Below are positions 45,701-57,356 of a stretch of 64,000 nucleotides of DNA, piece after piece. Made by a program: the position numbers and the translations under genes. This DNA is from Hormiphora californensis (Eukaryota; Animalia; Ctenophora), in assembly GCA_020137815.1 (NCBI GenBank), contig CM035361.1, positions 682,001 to 746,000 on the forward strand, in the 5' to 3' direction. The notes below the pieces were generated by a model. It was not told the origin of the DNA, did not search any database, and saw only the letters and a program-made list of their open reading frames with translations. Positions within the stretch are counted from its first letter, which is position 1. Each line of letters starts with the position of its first letter.

Positions 45701-48700
45701 ATTTGACAGTGCGCTCAGATGGGGTCGCGGTGCCAGGCAGCACTTGACCGACATAAAGTAAATACAAGGTTGCTGCTTACCTAATTAGTTAGTTATAATT
45801 CAAAATTCAAAAATAGCTTGATGGCTATACAGTGCTCAATCTTTTCAGAGAGCTATTAACACGAAAACCAAAGAAAACGAATTTTCTGTGTTACGAACGT
45901 TTCATGGATAAACCAATCTTCAGATCGTCTGAAGATTGGTTTATCCATGAAACGTTCGTAACACAGAAAATTCGTTTTCTTTGGTTTTCGTGTTAATTAG
46001 TTAGTTACTCAAATAACTGCGTGCAATTAACAAATTATGTGGTTCTTACCTACAATGGCAGACACTCCAAAACAGAACCCATAAATGCCATTGAAGAGGC
46101 CCACATGGTTTTGTGATATCTTGGAAAGTACTTCACTAAAGATGATGTGTAGTGCACCCGTGAAGTAACCATTCAACACACTGGGAGGGGAGGGGAGAAT
46201 TAAATCAAGTCTTCTATTTCTTGAGCTCAGAAGAGTCAGGTCATAGAGTTGTTGAAAAGTAATTCAACTGTGGATCACTTACCAGTAGAATGCGAATGCA
46301 GGAATTGTATCGTACCACCATCGTAGTGTACCTGTTGACAGAACAAGGACCGCTACACATAACCTGTGTAAATATCCCTATTACATGAGTCTATCAAATC
46401 AATTGTCCTCTCCCGATCTGTATGGCGGCGCCATACCCCAGTTGATTCTCAAATTGGGCGTGACAGTGCGCTCAGATGGGGTCGGCGGCGCCAGACAACT
46501 CCCGATAACATGTGGTCAGTGGCCCCCATCCCCCGTATCGCAAAACACATGACTCACGAGTGGAAGGTTGTTTGAGAGACACAAGTCCTCAGGTATCCCA
46601 CCGTCCAGCAGAACCCGCAGCCTACCATGAGGATAATTGTAGCAAATATGTGCATGATATTCTCAGATCCAGGCTGGGGGAGAGAAGGAGTTATGGCCTA
46701 TGGGGGAGAGAAAGGAGTTATGGGGGAGAGAAAGGAGTTATGGGGGAGAGAAATGAGTTATGAATTGTATCTGAGACAGCTACTGTCATTTTCCTAGGGG
46801 GGGCCGTCACCTTTTTTTTTGTCTACAGGAACATTGCACCAGATTTTGAAAATGAAAGTGTAGACAAAAGTAGACAAAAGTAGACAAATGTAGACAAAAG
46901 TAGACAAAAGTAGACAAAACTTTTTTTTTCAAATTAAGAATTTTTTAAAACATTTTCTGCACTTGTTAAGTATTCTCATACACTTTATCTACGTTTCTAT
47001 TAGTAATTTCGATTTCAATTGCCCCCTTTTATCCATAAACACTCTTAGAACACTTTAGGAACACCTGTAGACAAAAGTAGACAAAAGTAGACAAAAAGTT
47101 TTCAAGTTTAGAAAACAATTCCCAAACAATTTCTATCCTTGATATGTATTTCCATGTTCTCTATTGGGACTATATTTATGTGTGTATGGGTGTTTGTGAC
47201 TTCAATTGCCCCCTCGTTACCCCCAAACACTTTTAGAACACTTTAGGAACACCTGTAGACAAAAGTAGACAAAAGTAGACAAAATTTTTTTAAGTTTAGA
47301 AAACGATTTCTATCCTTGATATGTGTTTCCATGTTCTCTATGTATGTGTGTATGGGTGTTTGTGACTTCAATTGCCCCCTCGTTACCCCCAAACACTCAT
47401 AGAACACTTTAGGAACACCTGTAGACAAAAGTAGACAAAAGTAGACAAAAAGTTTTCATTTTTCAAGTTTAGAAAACAATTCCCAAACAATTCTATCCTT
47501 GATATGTATTTCCATGTTCTCTATTGGGACTATATTTATGTGTGTATGGGTGTTTGTGACTTCAATTGCCCCCTCGTTACCCCCAAACACTCTTAGAACA
47601 CTTTAGGAACACCTGTAGACAAAAGTAGACAAAAAATTTTCAAGTTTAGAAAACGATTTCTATCCTTGATATGTGTTTCCATGTTCTCTATGTATGTGTG
47701 TATGGGTGTTTGTGACTTCAATTGCCCCCTCGTTACCCCCAAACACTCTTAGAACACTTTAGGAACACCTGTAGACAAAAGTAGACAAAAAATTTCAAGT
47801 TTAGAAAACGATTTCTATCCTTGATATGTGTTTCCATGTTCTCTATGTATGTGTGTATGGGTGTTTGTGACTTCAATTGCCCCCTCGTTACCCCCAAACA
47901 CTCATAGAACACTTTAGGAACACCTGTAGACAAAAGTAGACAAAAGTAGACAAAAAGTTTTCATTTTTCAAGTTTAGAAAACAATTCCCAAACAATTCTA
48001 TCCTTGATATGTATTTCCATGTTCTCTATTGGGACTATATTTATGTGTGTATGGGTGTTTGTGACTTCAATTGCCCCCTCGTTACCCCCAAACACTCTTA
48101 GAACACTTTAGGAACACCTGTAGACAAAAGTAGACAAAAAATTTTCAAGTTTAGAAAACGATTTCTATCCTTGATATGTATTTCCATGTTCTCTATTTAT
48201 GTGTGTATGGGTGTTTGTGACTTCAATTGCCCCCTCTTTACCCCAAAACACTCTTAGAACACTTTAGGAACACCTGTAGACAAAAGTAGACAAAAGTAGA
48301 CAAAAAGTTTTCAAGTTTAGAAAACAATTCCCAAACAATTTCTATCCTTGATATGTATTTCCATGTTCTCTATTGGGACTATATTTATGTGTGTATGGGT
48401 GTTTGTGACTTCAATTGCCCCCTCGTTACCCCCAAACACTCTTAGAACACTTTAGGAACACCTGTAGACAAAAGTAGACAAAAGTAGACAAAAAAATTTC
48501 AAGTTTAGAAAACGATTTCTATCCTTGATATGTATTTCCATGTTCTCTATTTATGTGTGTATGGGTGTTTGTGACTTCAATTGCCCCCTCTTTATCCCCA
48601 AACACTCTTAGAGCACTTTAGGAACACCTGTAGACAAAAGTAGACAAAAAATGCAAGTTTAGAAAACGATTTAGAAAATATTTTTACATTTTCTGCACTT

Positions 48701-50374
48701 GTTAAGTATTCTCATATAATACTTTATCTACCGTGTGGGGCAATAAAAATGCCCCCCCAAGTCTACCATAGTTCCAGAAATCTTGGAGCGCTAAAATTTG
48801 GTAAAGTAACTCTATGAGACAAATAAATAACTTGACCAAAATTTCAGACCTCTAGCTCAAAATTCATTTTTTTGATAGGAATGAACATTGTCATTCATTC
48901 CAAAAAATATATATTTTTGGTCCAAAATTTAAGCAATTATCTTTGGCTATCGATTAGCTTTCCAATGTGACCAAGATCATCTAAATTGGGCAACCACAAG
49001 AGACACAGTGTCATGTTTCTTAAAGTTAGTCAGGTCATGTGATCCTCACCGAATCGTTGATAATCCGGGATTGCTAATCGAGCCAAGGGGCAGAGGAATC
49101 TCGTATCATGGCCGCTAATGAGGTATGTGTACCAATACAGGGAAATGTGATTCGAGGAAAGAGGACATTTATTAAAGTGCTACAGATCTCATGACCAATC
49201 AGCATCGTCATCCCTCATTAGTAGCCGTGATACGTGATTCTCTACCACTTAGACTGATTCGTAATACTGAACACTCAACGATTCGGTGAGGATCACATGA
49301 CCTGACTAACTTTAAGAAACATGACACTGTGTCTCTTGTGGTTGTCCAATTTAGCTGATCTTGATCACATTGGACGGCTAATCGATAGCCAAAGATAACT
49401 GCTTGAATTCTGGACCGAAAATATATTTTTCTTAGAATGAATGACAATGTTCATTTCTATCAAAAAAATGAATTTTGAGCTAGAGGTCTGAAATTTTGGT
49501 CAAGTTATTTATTTGTCTCATAGAGTTACTGTACCAAATTTTAGCGCTCCAAGATTTCTGGAACTATGGTAGACTTGGGGGGGCATTTTTATTGCCCCAC
49601 ACGGTACGTTTCTATTAGTAGTTTCGTTTTCAATTGCCCCCTCTTTACCCGCAAACACTCTTGTCTACTCATGTCTACACTCGACTACAGTAATTGTTTT
49701 CTAATTTAGTTTTCTAATTTAGGAATAAAGAAGGGGCCATTGGAATATGAATAGTTAATAAAAACATATCCAAAGTATAATATGAAAATACTTAACAATT
49801 ACAGAAAATGCAGAAATTGTTTTCTGTACTTGAAAATTTTTTGTCTACTTTTGTCTACTTTTGTCTACTTTTGTCTACTTTTGTCTACTTTGCACTGAAA
49901 TTTTCAAAGTGCTGTAGACAAAAGTAGACAAAAGTAGACAAAAAAAAAGGTGACGGCCCCCCCTTTTCCTACCTCGAAGTCAAATTCAGGGTCCTGTCAA
50001 TGGTATAAGTATCGTTTGTTTCTGTCGAGCGAGGGAATAGAAAGATGGGTTGTCAAATGTCAATTGTCAAATGAGTTTTGAAGTTCTATAACGAGTAAAA
50101 TGAGTTTTGAAGTGTGCTAACGATGCAATTATGCTGACTCAGTCACTTCCCTCTGTCACAAACATAGTTCTACAAATCGTACCAAATAATTTCTTTCACT
50201 ACTTACAGCCATTGATGTTTGACTGACAGTTAGTTTCCTCCACTCGAATGCAGTGAACAGATAATTCTGTAGGATCCCCAGAGAGAATGCCATGGTTGAG
50301 TTGCAGATGGCTCCCAGACAACACCAGAATACTGTAACCGGTACCAGGGGTTTGGAACTTTGTAATACACCCAT
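42706..50374 (-). CDS. MFS transporter, oxalate:formate-antiporter-like invertebrate group, 457 aa, 12 exons
   Basis: Exons (plus coordinates): 50207-50374, 46558-46673, 46283-46363, 46050-46180, 44900-45053, 44698-44782, 44288-44449, 44116-44185, 43422-43541, 43179-43284, 42912-43014, 42706-42783. They sum to 1374 nt in frame. Motifs GLFNGIYGFCFGVSAIVGN, GYINPEN, LYKVFG..DDDHF and GRVAWGTSYDYL, with many hydrophobic helices. Confidence 0.88.
43568..43809. mobile_element. TA-flanked MITE
   Basis: TA|CCTTACTCTCGTT ... AACGAGAGTAAGG|TA with AAGAAACTTTT subrepeats. Confidence 0.8.
45855..45997. repeat. Perfect 70-bp-arm palindrome containing a hammerhead-like core
   Basis: Arms 45855-45924 and 45928-45997, 3-nt loop. 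CTGAAGA-T-TGG(TTTAT)CCA-T-GAAACGTTC at 45929-45957. Confidence 0.9.
47030..48670. repeat. Tandem array of ~160-190-bp units (~9-10 copies, two alternating variants)
   Basis: Recurrent AGAACACTTTAGGAACACCTGTAGACAAAAGTAGAC...GACTTCAATTGCCCCCTC. Confidence 0.92.
48731..49604. mobile_element. TA-flanked foldback MITE (CCGTGTG termini), nested
   Basis: ~320-bp TIRs. The empty site ACTTTATCTACGTTTCTATTAG is preserved at ~46982, showing TA duplication. Confidence 0.9.
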
Positions 50375-50742
50375 CTTACTAGGGGGAGGAACGTGAGTTG
50401 TTCGTGCTCATACGAAGTAGGAGAACAGTGTTAAACAATTGAAACATTGAATATATCTTTCAAATCCGGATCAAAGATAAGAAATACCAATATCATAGCG
50501 CTGGCAAGCGCCCGGGGCCCAATCCTCCCTCCCCCCAACCATCATTTCCCCCAAATTGTCCCTCTAACAAGCATTTTTCCTCCCAGTAAAAAGAAAATCG
50601 AAATTGCGAAAAAAAAAATTTCAAAATTTTTTGAAAATTTTTGAAAATTCTGACAGCGCTACTATACTTATTGTCTGAAATCGGCGATTTCAAGTTAGTT
50701 TTAGACAACCTTCTCGTTGTCCTACGAACTTGCCGCTTGGTA

Positions 50743-51602
50743 CAGTCGGACCCCGATTTAACGGCCCCCGATTTAGCGGCACCCCCATTTAACGGCAGGA
50801 TAAATTTCCCCCAAAATTTTTTGAAATTTTTTTTTGAAATTTTTTTTTTGAATTTTATTTTTGAAATTTTTTTGAAAAACCACGTCCAAATCGTGTTTGA
50901 AATCGGTGCATCTTATTGCATGTCTTGCCGGTAATTAGACGGTTCGAAACGAACAGATATGTGATCCCCATGAGGCCCATCGAATCGCAATTTAGACGCT
51001 TGTTAAACTGGCCTCATGGGGATCACGTATCGGTTCGTTTCGAACCGTCTAATTAGCGACAAGACGTGCGATAAGATGCACTGATTCGAAACACGATTCG
51101 GACGTGGTTGATATACCTTTGAAAAATTTTCATAACTTTTTTTTTTGCAAAATTTTACAGAATGATTGTCAATGCCTTGATCGGTGCTCCCCATGAATTT
51201 TCAGAGAAAAATATATTTTGAAATTCAAATTGTTCCTCACCCCGCTTAAAGTGCCCCGATTCGGCATGGTATCACGTATCGGTTCGTCTAATTAGCAGCA
51301 AGACATGCGATAAGATGCACTGATTCGATAAACGATTCGGACGTGGTTGATATAGAAACCTTAGAAAAATTTTATAACTTATTTTTAAATTATCTTGAAA
51401 TTACTTTCTTTTTCTAATCAGAAATGATCATGTAATCAATACATGGACATTGCATTTAACACTTAGAGGTGTTTTAGTATAGCATTTTGGACAAAAATAG
51501 GGTTTTATGGGCCAAATATGCTCTACCCCGATTTAACGGACACCCCGATTTAACGGACAAAACCCTTTCCCCCGAGGGTGCCGTTAAATCGGGGTCCGAC
51601 TG
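50743..51602. mobile_element. pogo/Tigger-like MITE
   Basis: TA|CAGTCGGACCCCGATTTAACGGC ... GCCGTTAAATCGGGGTCCGACTG|TA. Degenerate short relatives at ~60237-60303 and ~60811-60870. Confidence 0.88.
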
Positions 51603-52449
51603 TAGTTCGTGTTGCCTTGACACCTAGAGCACACGTTCAAAATTTCATACAAATCGGAGTTACGGTTTTTACGTTACAGAGGGTCGTATTTTAGACAAAA
51701 TGTCCGTTTTTAGCGTGACTAACGACCTTGATTGTACGACCTTTTTGCGTACACAATAGAGGCCACAGTTTTAAAGCTATCACCATGAAACTTTGGGAGT
51801 CGGTAGGTCTAGTGGTGTACCTTGTATTAAAGCTTGGACAGAGAAAACGAACAATCGTAACAAAAGTTATGACTGTCTTAAGTTTTCTTTGGCGTTTAAG
51901 ACGGTCTTCCCATCGTTCTACAAATACGCCGCTTGGTACGCGGTGTTGCCTTGACATCTTGAACACACGTTCAAAATTTCAAGCAAATCCGAGTTACGGT
52001 TCGTCAGTTATGGGCATCTGACTACATTAAGATTTAAGACGATTTTCAAAAAAACTTAGAAAAGAGCAAATTAAACTATAAATCATGATTTTATCATACA
52101 TGTTTTTCCAACGTGGGTTAACTGCTGTATTTTCAGATATAATTGGTAGTCATATCTATATTTATGACTGTCTTAAATTTAAGACGATTTTAAAAACACC
52201 TACAAAGAAGCGATTCAGAGTCTAAATTAACATTGAATCAGATTTAATTTATAAAGCTAGCCTTACTGCCGCATTTTCAGTTGTAATTGGTAGTCATATC
52301 TAAGGTTATTACTGTCTTAAATATAAGACGATTTTAAAAACCACCGAGAAAAGAGCGAATTAGCATCTAGAACCTGATTTTATCAGATATATCTGATTAT
52401 TAATGCTTATCCGTGATCATTATCCGTGACTAATAATCAAAATCATAGA

Positions 52450-52770
52450 TTAATCAGAGAACCAATCGCGGAGAACCAATTGTAGATAACTAACCACGGG
52501 CACGATTGGTTACTATTATATTACTTATTTCGCGACAAGTTATCGATAACTTGTCGCGAAATAAGTAATATAATATAGTAACCAATCGCGGATAGCTAAT
52601 CGCGATAACTAATCCGAATCGTGATAGCTAATCGCGATAACTAATCGCGATAACTAATTATGACGGATTGATAACTGATAAGTTATCCGCGATTGGTTGT
52701 CTGCGATTACTATATGATATTATTTATTCGCGATTGATATCCGAGATTGGATATCTGCGATTATTATGAC
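52450..52770. repeat. GATAACTAATCGC-type short repeats around a near-perfect ~85-bp palindrome
   Basis: Palindrome ~52503-52588 centred on GTTATCGATAAC. Confidence 0.8.
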
Positions 52771-52843
52771 GCGTTTATTAAATTAAGCTAGTATTACAAA
52801 ATACATGCAGCATATCATAGTATGTATAACAAAATGCCTGATA

Positions 52844-53376
52844 CTAGATCCAAAAACCAAACAAGTTTGGTGGATAGCCGGGGCCGCAGAAATTAAAAAA
52901 CGTGCGAAAGTTTTAATACATGAACTTTCGGGGCCTGGAGTGCTGTTAAATTCGCGTTTCCATGATAGTCAGCCGTTCTTTCAAAACACACTATAAATAT
53001 ATTTATAACACTATAAATATATTTATTATCAGAATAATATTATTCTGTAAAACAGACTATGAAACGACCCAATGTGCACAGTAAGTATATGTGATATGTG
53101 TGGATGTGACAATGTCACATCAATTTATTTATTCCACATTATCACATGTCACTGACATGTGATTATAATGTGGAATAAATTAATGGTTTGATCATTGCAC
53201 TAGTTTTCCTGGCGTATAGTTTGAAAATGTTATTGGTTATAATTGGTTATATAATCATGGATACGCGAATTTAACAGCACCCCAGGCCCCGAAAGTTCAT
53301 GTATCAAAACTTTCGCACGTTTTTTAATTTCTGCGGCCCCGGCTATCCACCAAACTTGTTTGGTTTTTGGATCTAG
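52844..53376. mobile_element. MITE-like element with ~120-bp TIRs beginning CTAG
   Basis: TA|CTAGATCCAAAAACCAAACAAGTTTGGTGG ... CCACCAAACTTGTTTGGTTTTTGGATCTAG|TA. Confidence 0.82.
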
Positions 53377-55187
53377 TAAATATACTACCAATGGCCTACC
53401 GAATAACTAAATACAAGGCGAGCATGAAACGTTTCAAAAGATTGCAAGCTAACATCAAAGATCAAAAGACCTTTTTAACCAGTTGACGGGTACTAAACTA
53501 ACATCCTAGTTTACACCTCATTAGATACCCGCGGGGCTCGTTATACTACCGGAATTGCTGCTGCTTGTACTGCTATGAAAACATTTCAGTAATCAGATAT
53601 CAGGTATATCCTGCTGATACTGTGCTATACTGGCGAAATGCCACTAGACTACCGGGGATATGGCTAGGAGCCAAATTTCAGTATCACAATCTCATTCTAA
53701 TGAATTCTAAAGAATCCATAGCGAAACAACTTTTTCCAAATTTTCTAATTAAGTCTCAAGATCAAATATGTCCCCGTGCAGTTCAGAATGGGCCGGCGCC
53801 GCCTGACACAAAGTGATTTGCCCCTGTGGGTAGGATCCCCGACAGGGGTTCACGCCCATGGCAACCTCATGGCAACCCCATGGCAACCTCACGTCCATGG
53901 CAACCTCTCTTATCAAATCAGAAAAGCTGCAGATTGTGCAAATCTAAATCAGGCTGGTTTAAAGTTGAATACAAGAATTGAGCTGGATCTGTCGTGGCGG
54001 TGTTGGTGGTACTGCCCCAAATACTAACCCCAAAAAACAACACAGGGTTGTCGACACACTAGATGCTCATGCAGCATACGATAATGATGACACGTGGCGG
54101 CATATAGCTTGTTTGTTCTGAACACATTCTGGGTATCGACAGATGGCGGCTTTCTTGGAAGGGAGGTGGCATGATACCAATATATAATATTGAAAGATCG
54201 AACATATGAAAGAAGGAATACGGCCCAAAGGAACCACATTATCTAAAGAAGCGAATCTAAAAGAAGGTTGGAATCCAGCATAAGATATTTCGCAGATCGC
54301 AATTTTTTATTGCCGAAACATTTGTAGAAGAAAGACGGCCTACGTTTTTGTTATTGAATACCAACGGTTTTCAGAAAATTCGTTTCGCGGATTTTCAAGG
54401 AATTTTCACTTCAAAATTAACTTATACGCCCGTCGCCCTCGGTACCAGTTGCAGACATGTATTTAGGAGCAACAAGATCTGATCTGATCTAATCTATTGA
54501 GGATTGCCGGGTGATACGATAGAACACGAATTTATAATAGTGGTATGAATAACAAACCATTTACTGCGAGTACATCCCCTTGTACTAGGTGATTCACCAC
54601 TACTCGAAAGTTCTATATATGAGCTTGCACGCTAATACACGCTTTATTTCGAATCTCTTGTAAATGGAGTGAGTGCTTGGTAAAATTGACATCCCCAAGA
54701 GGACGGGGTGATACACGAGATCTGGAGAGATATTAAATGATCTCGGAGATATCACGATGAGAACAAGGCAATTGATATAGGATACCGATATATAGGGCAG
54801 CTGCACCAAATTATACCCTTCTTTAGCTTTATTAGATTCAATTATGTATTTCTCTTATTGGACACGTCACACCACATTCATACACAACTATGCGATTTGA
54901 GAATAATGACCCTGTAACAGAGAATTCTCTGTCCACAACGTAGTAAATGAATTCTGCAACAACGACCACAGAATAGAAATACTAAACCATACGGAAAACA
55001 TAAACAGAACCAGAGGCGTCCCTTGCAGAGCTATAATACGGGATAGCTTTATTCCTCTAGTTCTTCTAGGGCCATATCCAGGTAGCACATCGTGTGACTC
55101 AATAAGACACGTTACCCCCAATTCTTGGAAGATCTTCCGGTTCTTCTCGCCCGTTCCTGATTCTGAGAACTGGATCTCCTCGGTCGT

Positions 55188-56445
55188 TCCCTACCTCCCA
55201 TTTACTCCATCTCTCAGCTACCCTACCTCCCATTTACTCCATCTCTCAGCTACCCTACCTCCCATTTACTCCATCTCTCAGCTTACTTATCTCCCATTTA
55301 CTCCATCTCTCAGCTTCCCTACCTCCCATTTACTCCATCCCTCAGCTTCCCTACCTGCCATTTACTCCATCTCTCAGCTACCCTACCACCCATTTACTCC
55401 ATCTCTCAGCTTTCCTACCTCCCATTTAATCCATCTCTCAGCTTCCCTACCTCCCATTTACTCCATCTCTCAGGGGTAGGAATGTTAGGATAAATGGGAG
55501 TAAATGGGAGGTAGGGCAGCTGAGAGATGGAGAAAATGGGAGGTAGGGAAGCTGAGAGATGGAGTATTTATGTGAGGTAAGGAAGCTGAGAGATGGAGTA
55601 AATGGGAGGCAGGGATGGAGTAAATGGGAGGTAGGGAAGCTGAGAGATGGAGTAAATGGGAGGTAGGGAAGCTGAAGATGAAGTAAATGGGAGGTAGTAG
55701 CTGAGAGATGGAGTAAATGGGAGGTAGGGAAGCTGAGAGATGGAGTAAATGGGAGGTAGGGAAGCTGAGAGATGGAGTAAATGGGAGGTAGGGTAGCTGA
55801 GAGATGGAGTGAAAGGGAGGTAGGGTAGCTGAGAGATGGAGTAAATGGGAGGCAGGGAAGCTGAGGGATGGAGTAAATGGGAGGTAGGGAAGCTGAGAGA
55901 TGGAGTAAATGGGAGCGGAGGTAGGTAAGCTGAGAGATGGAGTAAATGGGAGGTAGGGTATCTGAGAGATGGAGTAAATGGCAGGTAGGGAAGCTGAGAT
56001 ATGGAGTAAATGGAGGTAGGTAAGCTGAGAGATGGAGTAAATGGGAGGTAGGTAAGCTGAGAGATGGAGTAAATGGGAGGTAGGGTAGCTGAGAGATGGA
56101 GTAAATGGGAGGTAGGGTAGCTGAGAGATGAGTAGATGAGGTAGGGTAGCGGAGAGATGGACTAGATTAGGGGTAGGGTAGCTGAAAGATGGAGTTGATG
56201 AGGCTAGGGAAGCATAGAGATGGAAACGATTATGGATGGGATTCCTACCCCTAATCGTTTCCATCTCTATGCTTCCCTAATAGGGAAGCTGAGAGATGGA
56301 GTAGATGAGGAGTAGGGTAGCTGAGAGATGGACTAGATAAGGGTTGGGTAGTGAAGATGGAGTAGATGAGGGTAGGGTAGCTGAAAGATGGAGTAGATGA
56401 GGGGTAGGGTAGCTGAGAGATCGAGTTGATGAGGGGTAGGATACT
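55188..56445. repeat. 32-bp pyrimidine/purine-biased minisatellite that switches orientation
   Basis: CTACCCTACCTCCCATTTACTCCATCTCTCAG on + at 55188-55473, reverse complement at ~55490-56445, with a local hairpin at ~56204-56279. Confidence 0.92.
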
Positions 56446-57087
56446 TGAGAGTTGGAGTAGATCAAGATCAAGAAATATTTGATTCGGCACCGACCCTCTC
56501 TCTACTACTTTACTACGATGTTGCCTCCCCTCATGTGCTGTTCTGCAGCTGCTGTGTGAGAGTTGAACGCGAGGCGTCAATATACCAGTTACACGAACAT
56601 CAACACCCATTCAACACACGATGCGAGGATGCGAATTTCATTATTTTTAAGTTTTGTGGGGTTGCGATTTTTTGTTTTAGGGTCGGCAAGATTGAAACGC
56701 CCCGGTATCATGGTACGCATATTTAAATAACAAACTGTACGCCTCGTAGAGGCGATTTTTCCAATCTTTGTCCTGTTTCCTGAGATATGGCCCCCTAAAC
56801 GCCGGTTTTGGTGTTCTCGACACTGCGAATCGGTGTCACGCGATGGAAATGGCATCAGTTTTCGTTACTACTGGTGCTCCGTTTTTCACGGACGTGAACG
56901 AGGGTGACGGCAAGAGTCCTCACCTATTACATGGTATCCTTACTTGTGTATTAAATCTAAAATTACTGAGCAGCATGCTTGTTAATGAACCTTGCCTATG
57001 TTTGCTTGTCTCGCGAGTGCGCTCGCGACTAGCAAACACGACATGCAGTTCACACCCTGATAAAGGGGTTCGAAATTGTTGAATGTC

Positions 57088-57132
57088 GGATACGGCCATA
57101 CTCGGTTGAATGCACCCGATCTCGTTCGATCT
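57088..57132 (+). pseudogene. 5' fragment (45 nt) of 5S rRNA
   Basis: GGATACGGCCATACTCGGTTGAATGCACCCGATCTCGTTCGATCT follows the eukaryotic 5S 5' consensus. It stops before box A, so it is not a functional gene. Confidence 0.8.
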
Positions 57133-57356
57133 GCTGCATTGAGTATGTTGCTGTAATGCTGTAGTACCTACATTGATAATGTACTATGTAGACAAGTAGA
57201 CAGTGTATAAAATTGTATAATGTACAATTTGAAATGCTGACATAGGGTACTTTTAATTATGGGAATCGCGCGCGTGTTCCTGAATATGATCAGGTGCGGT
57301 TCCTGTCGGCTTCAGTCTGGCAGAGCAAGACCCCGATTATATTTGATTATATATTA

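Larger units (their letters stand above)
46797..49963. mobile_element. Non-autonomous DNA transposon with G7 termini and 8-bp TSD, carrying an internal satellite and a nested MITE
   Basis: TIR GGGGGGGCCGTCACCTTTTTTTTTGTCTAC. TSD TTTTCCTA at 46789-46796 and 49964-49971. GTAGACAAAA decamer subrepeats. Superfamily uncertain (Merlin or MULE-like). Confidence 0.85.

Noticed and set aside
55485-56610. 259-aa and 119-aa Leu/Pro/Ser-rich ORFs
   Set aside because: They are translations of the 32-bp minisatellite cycling through frames.
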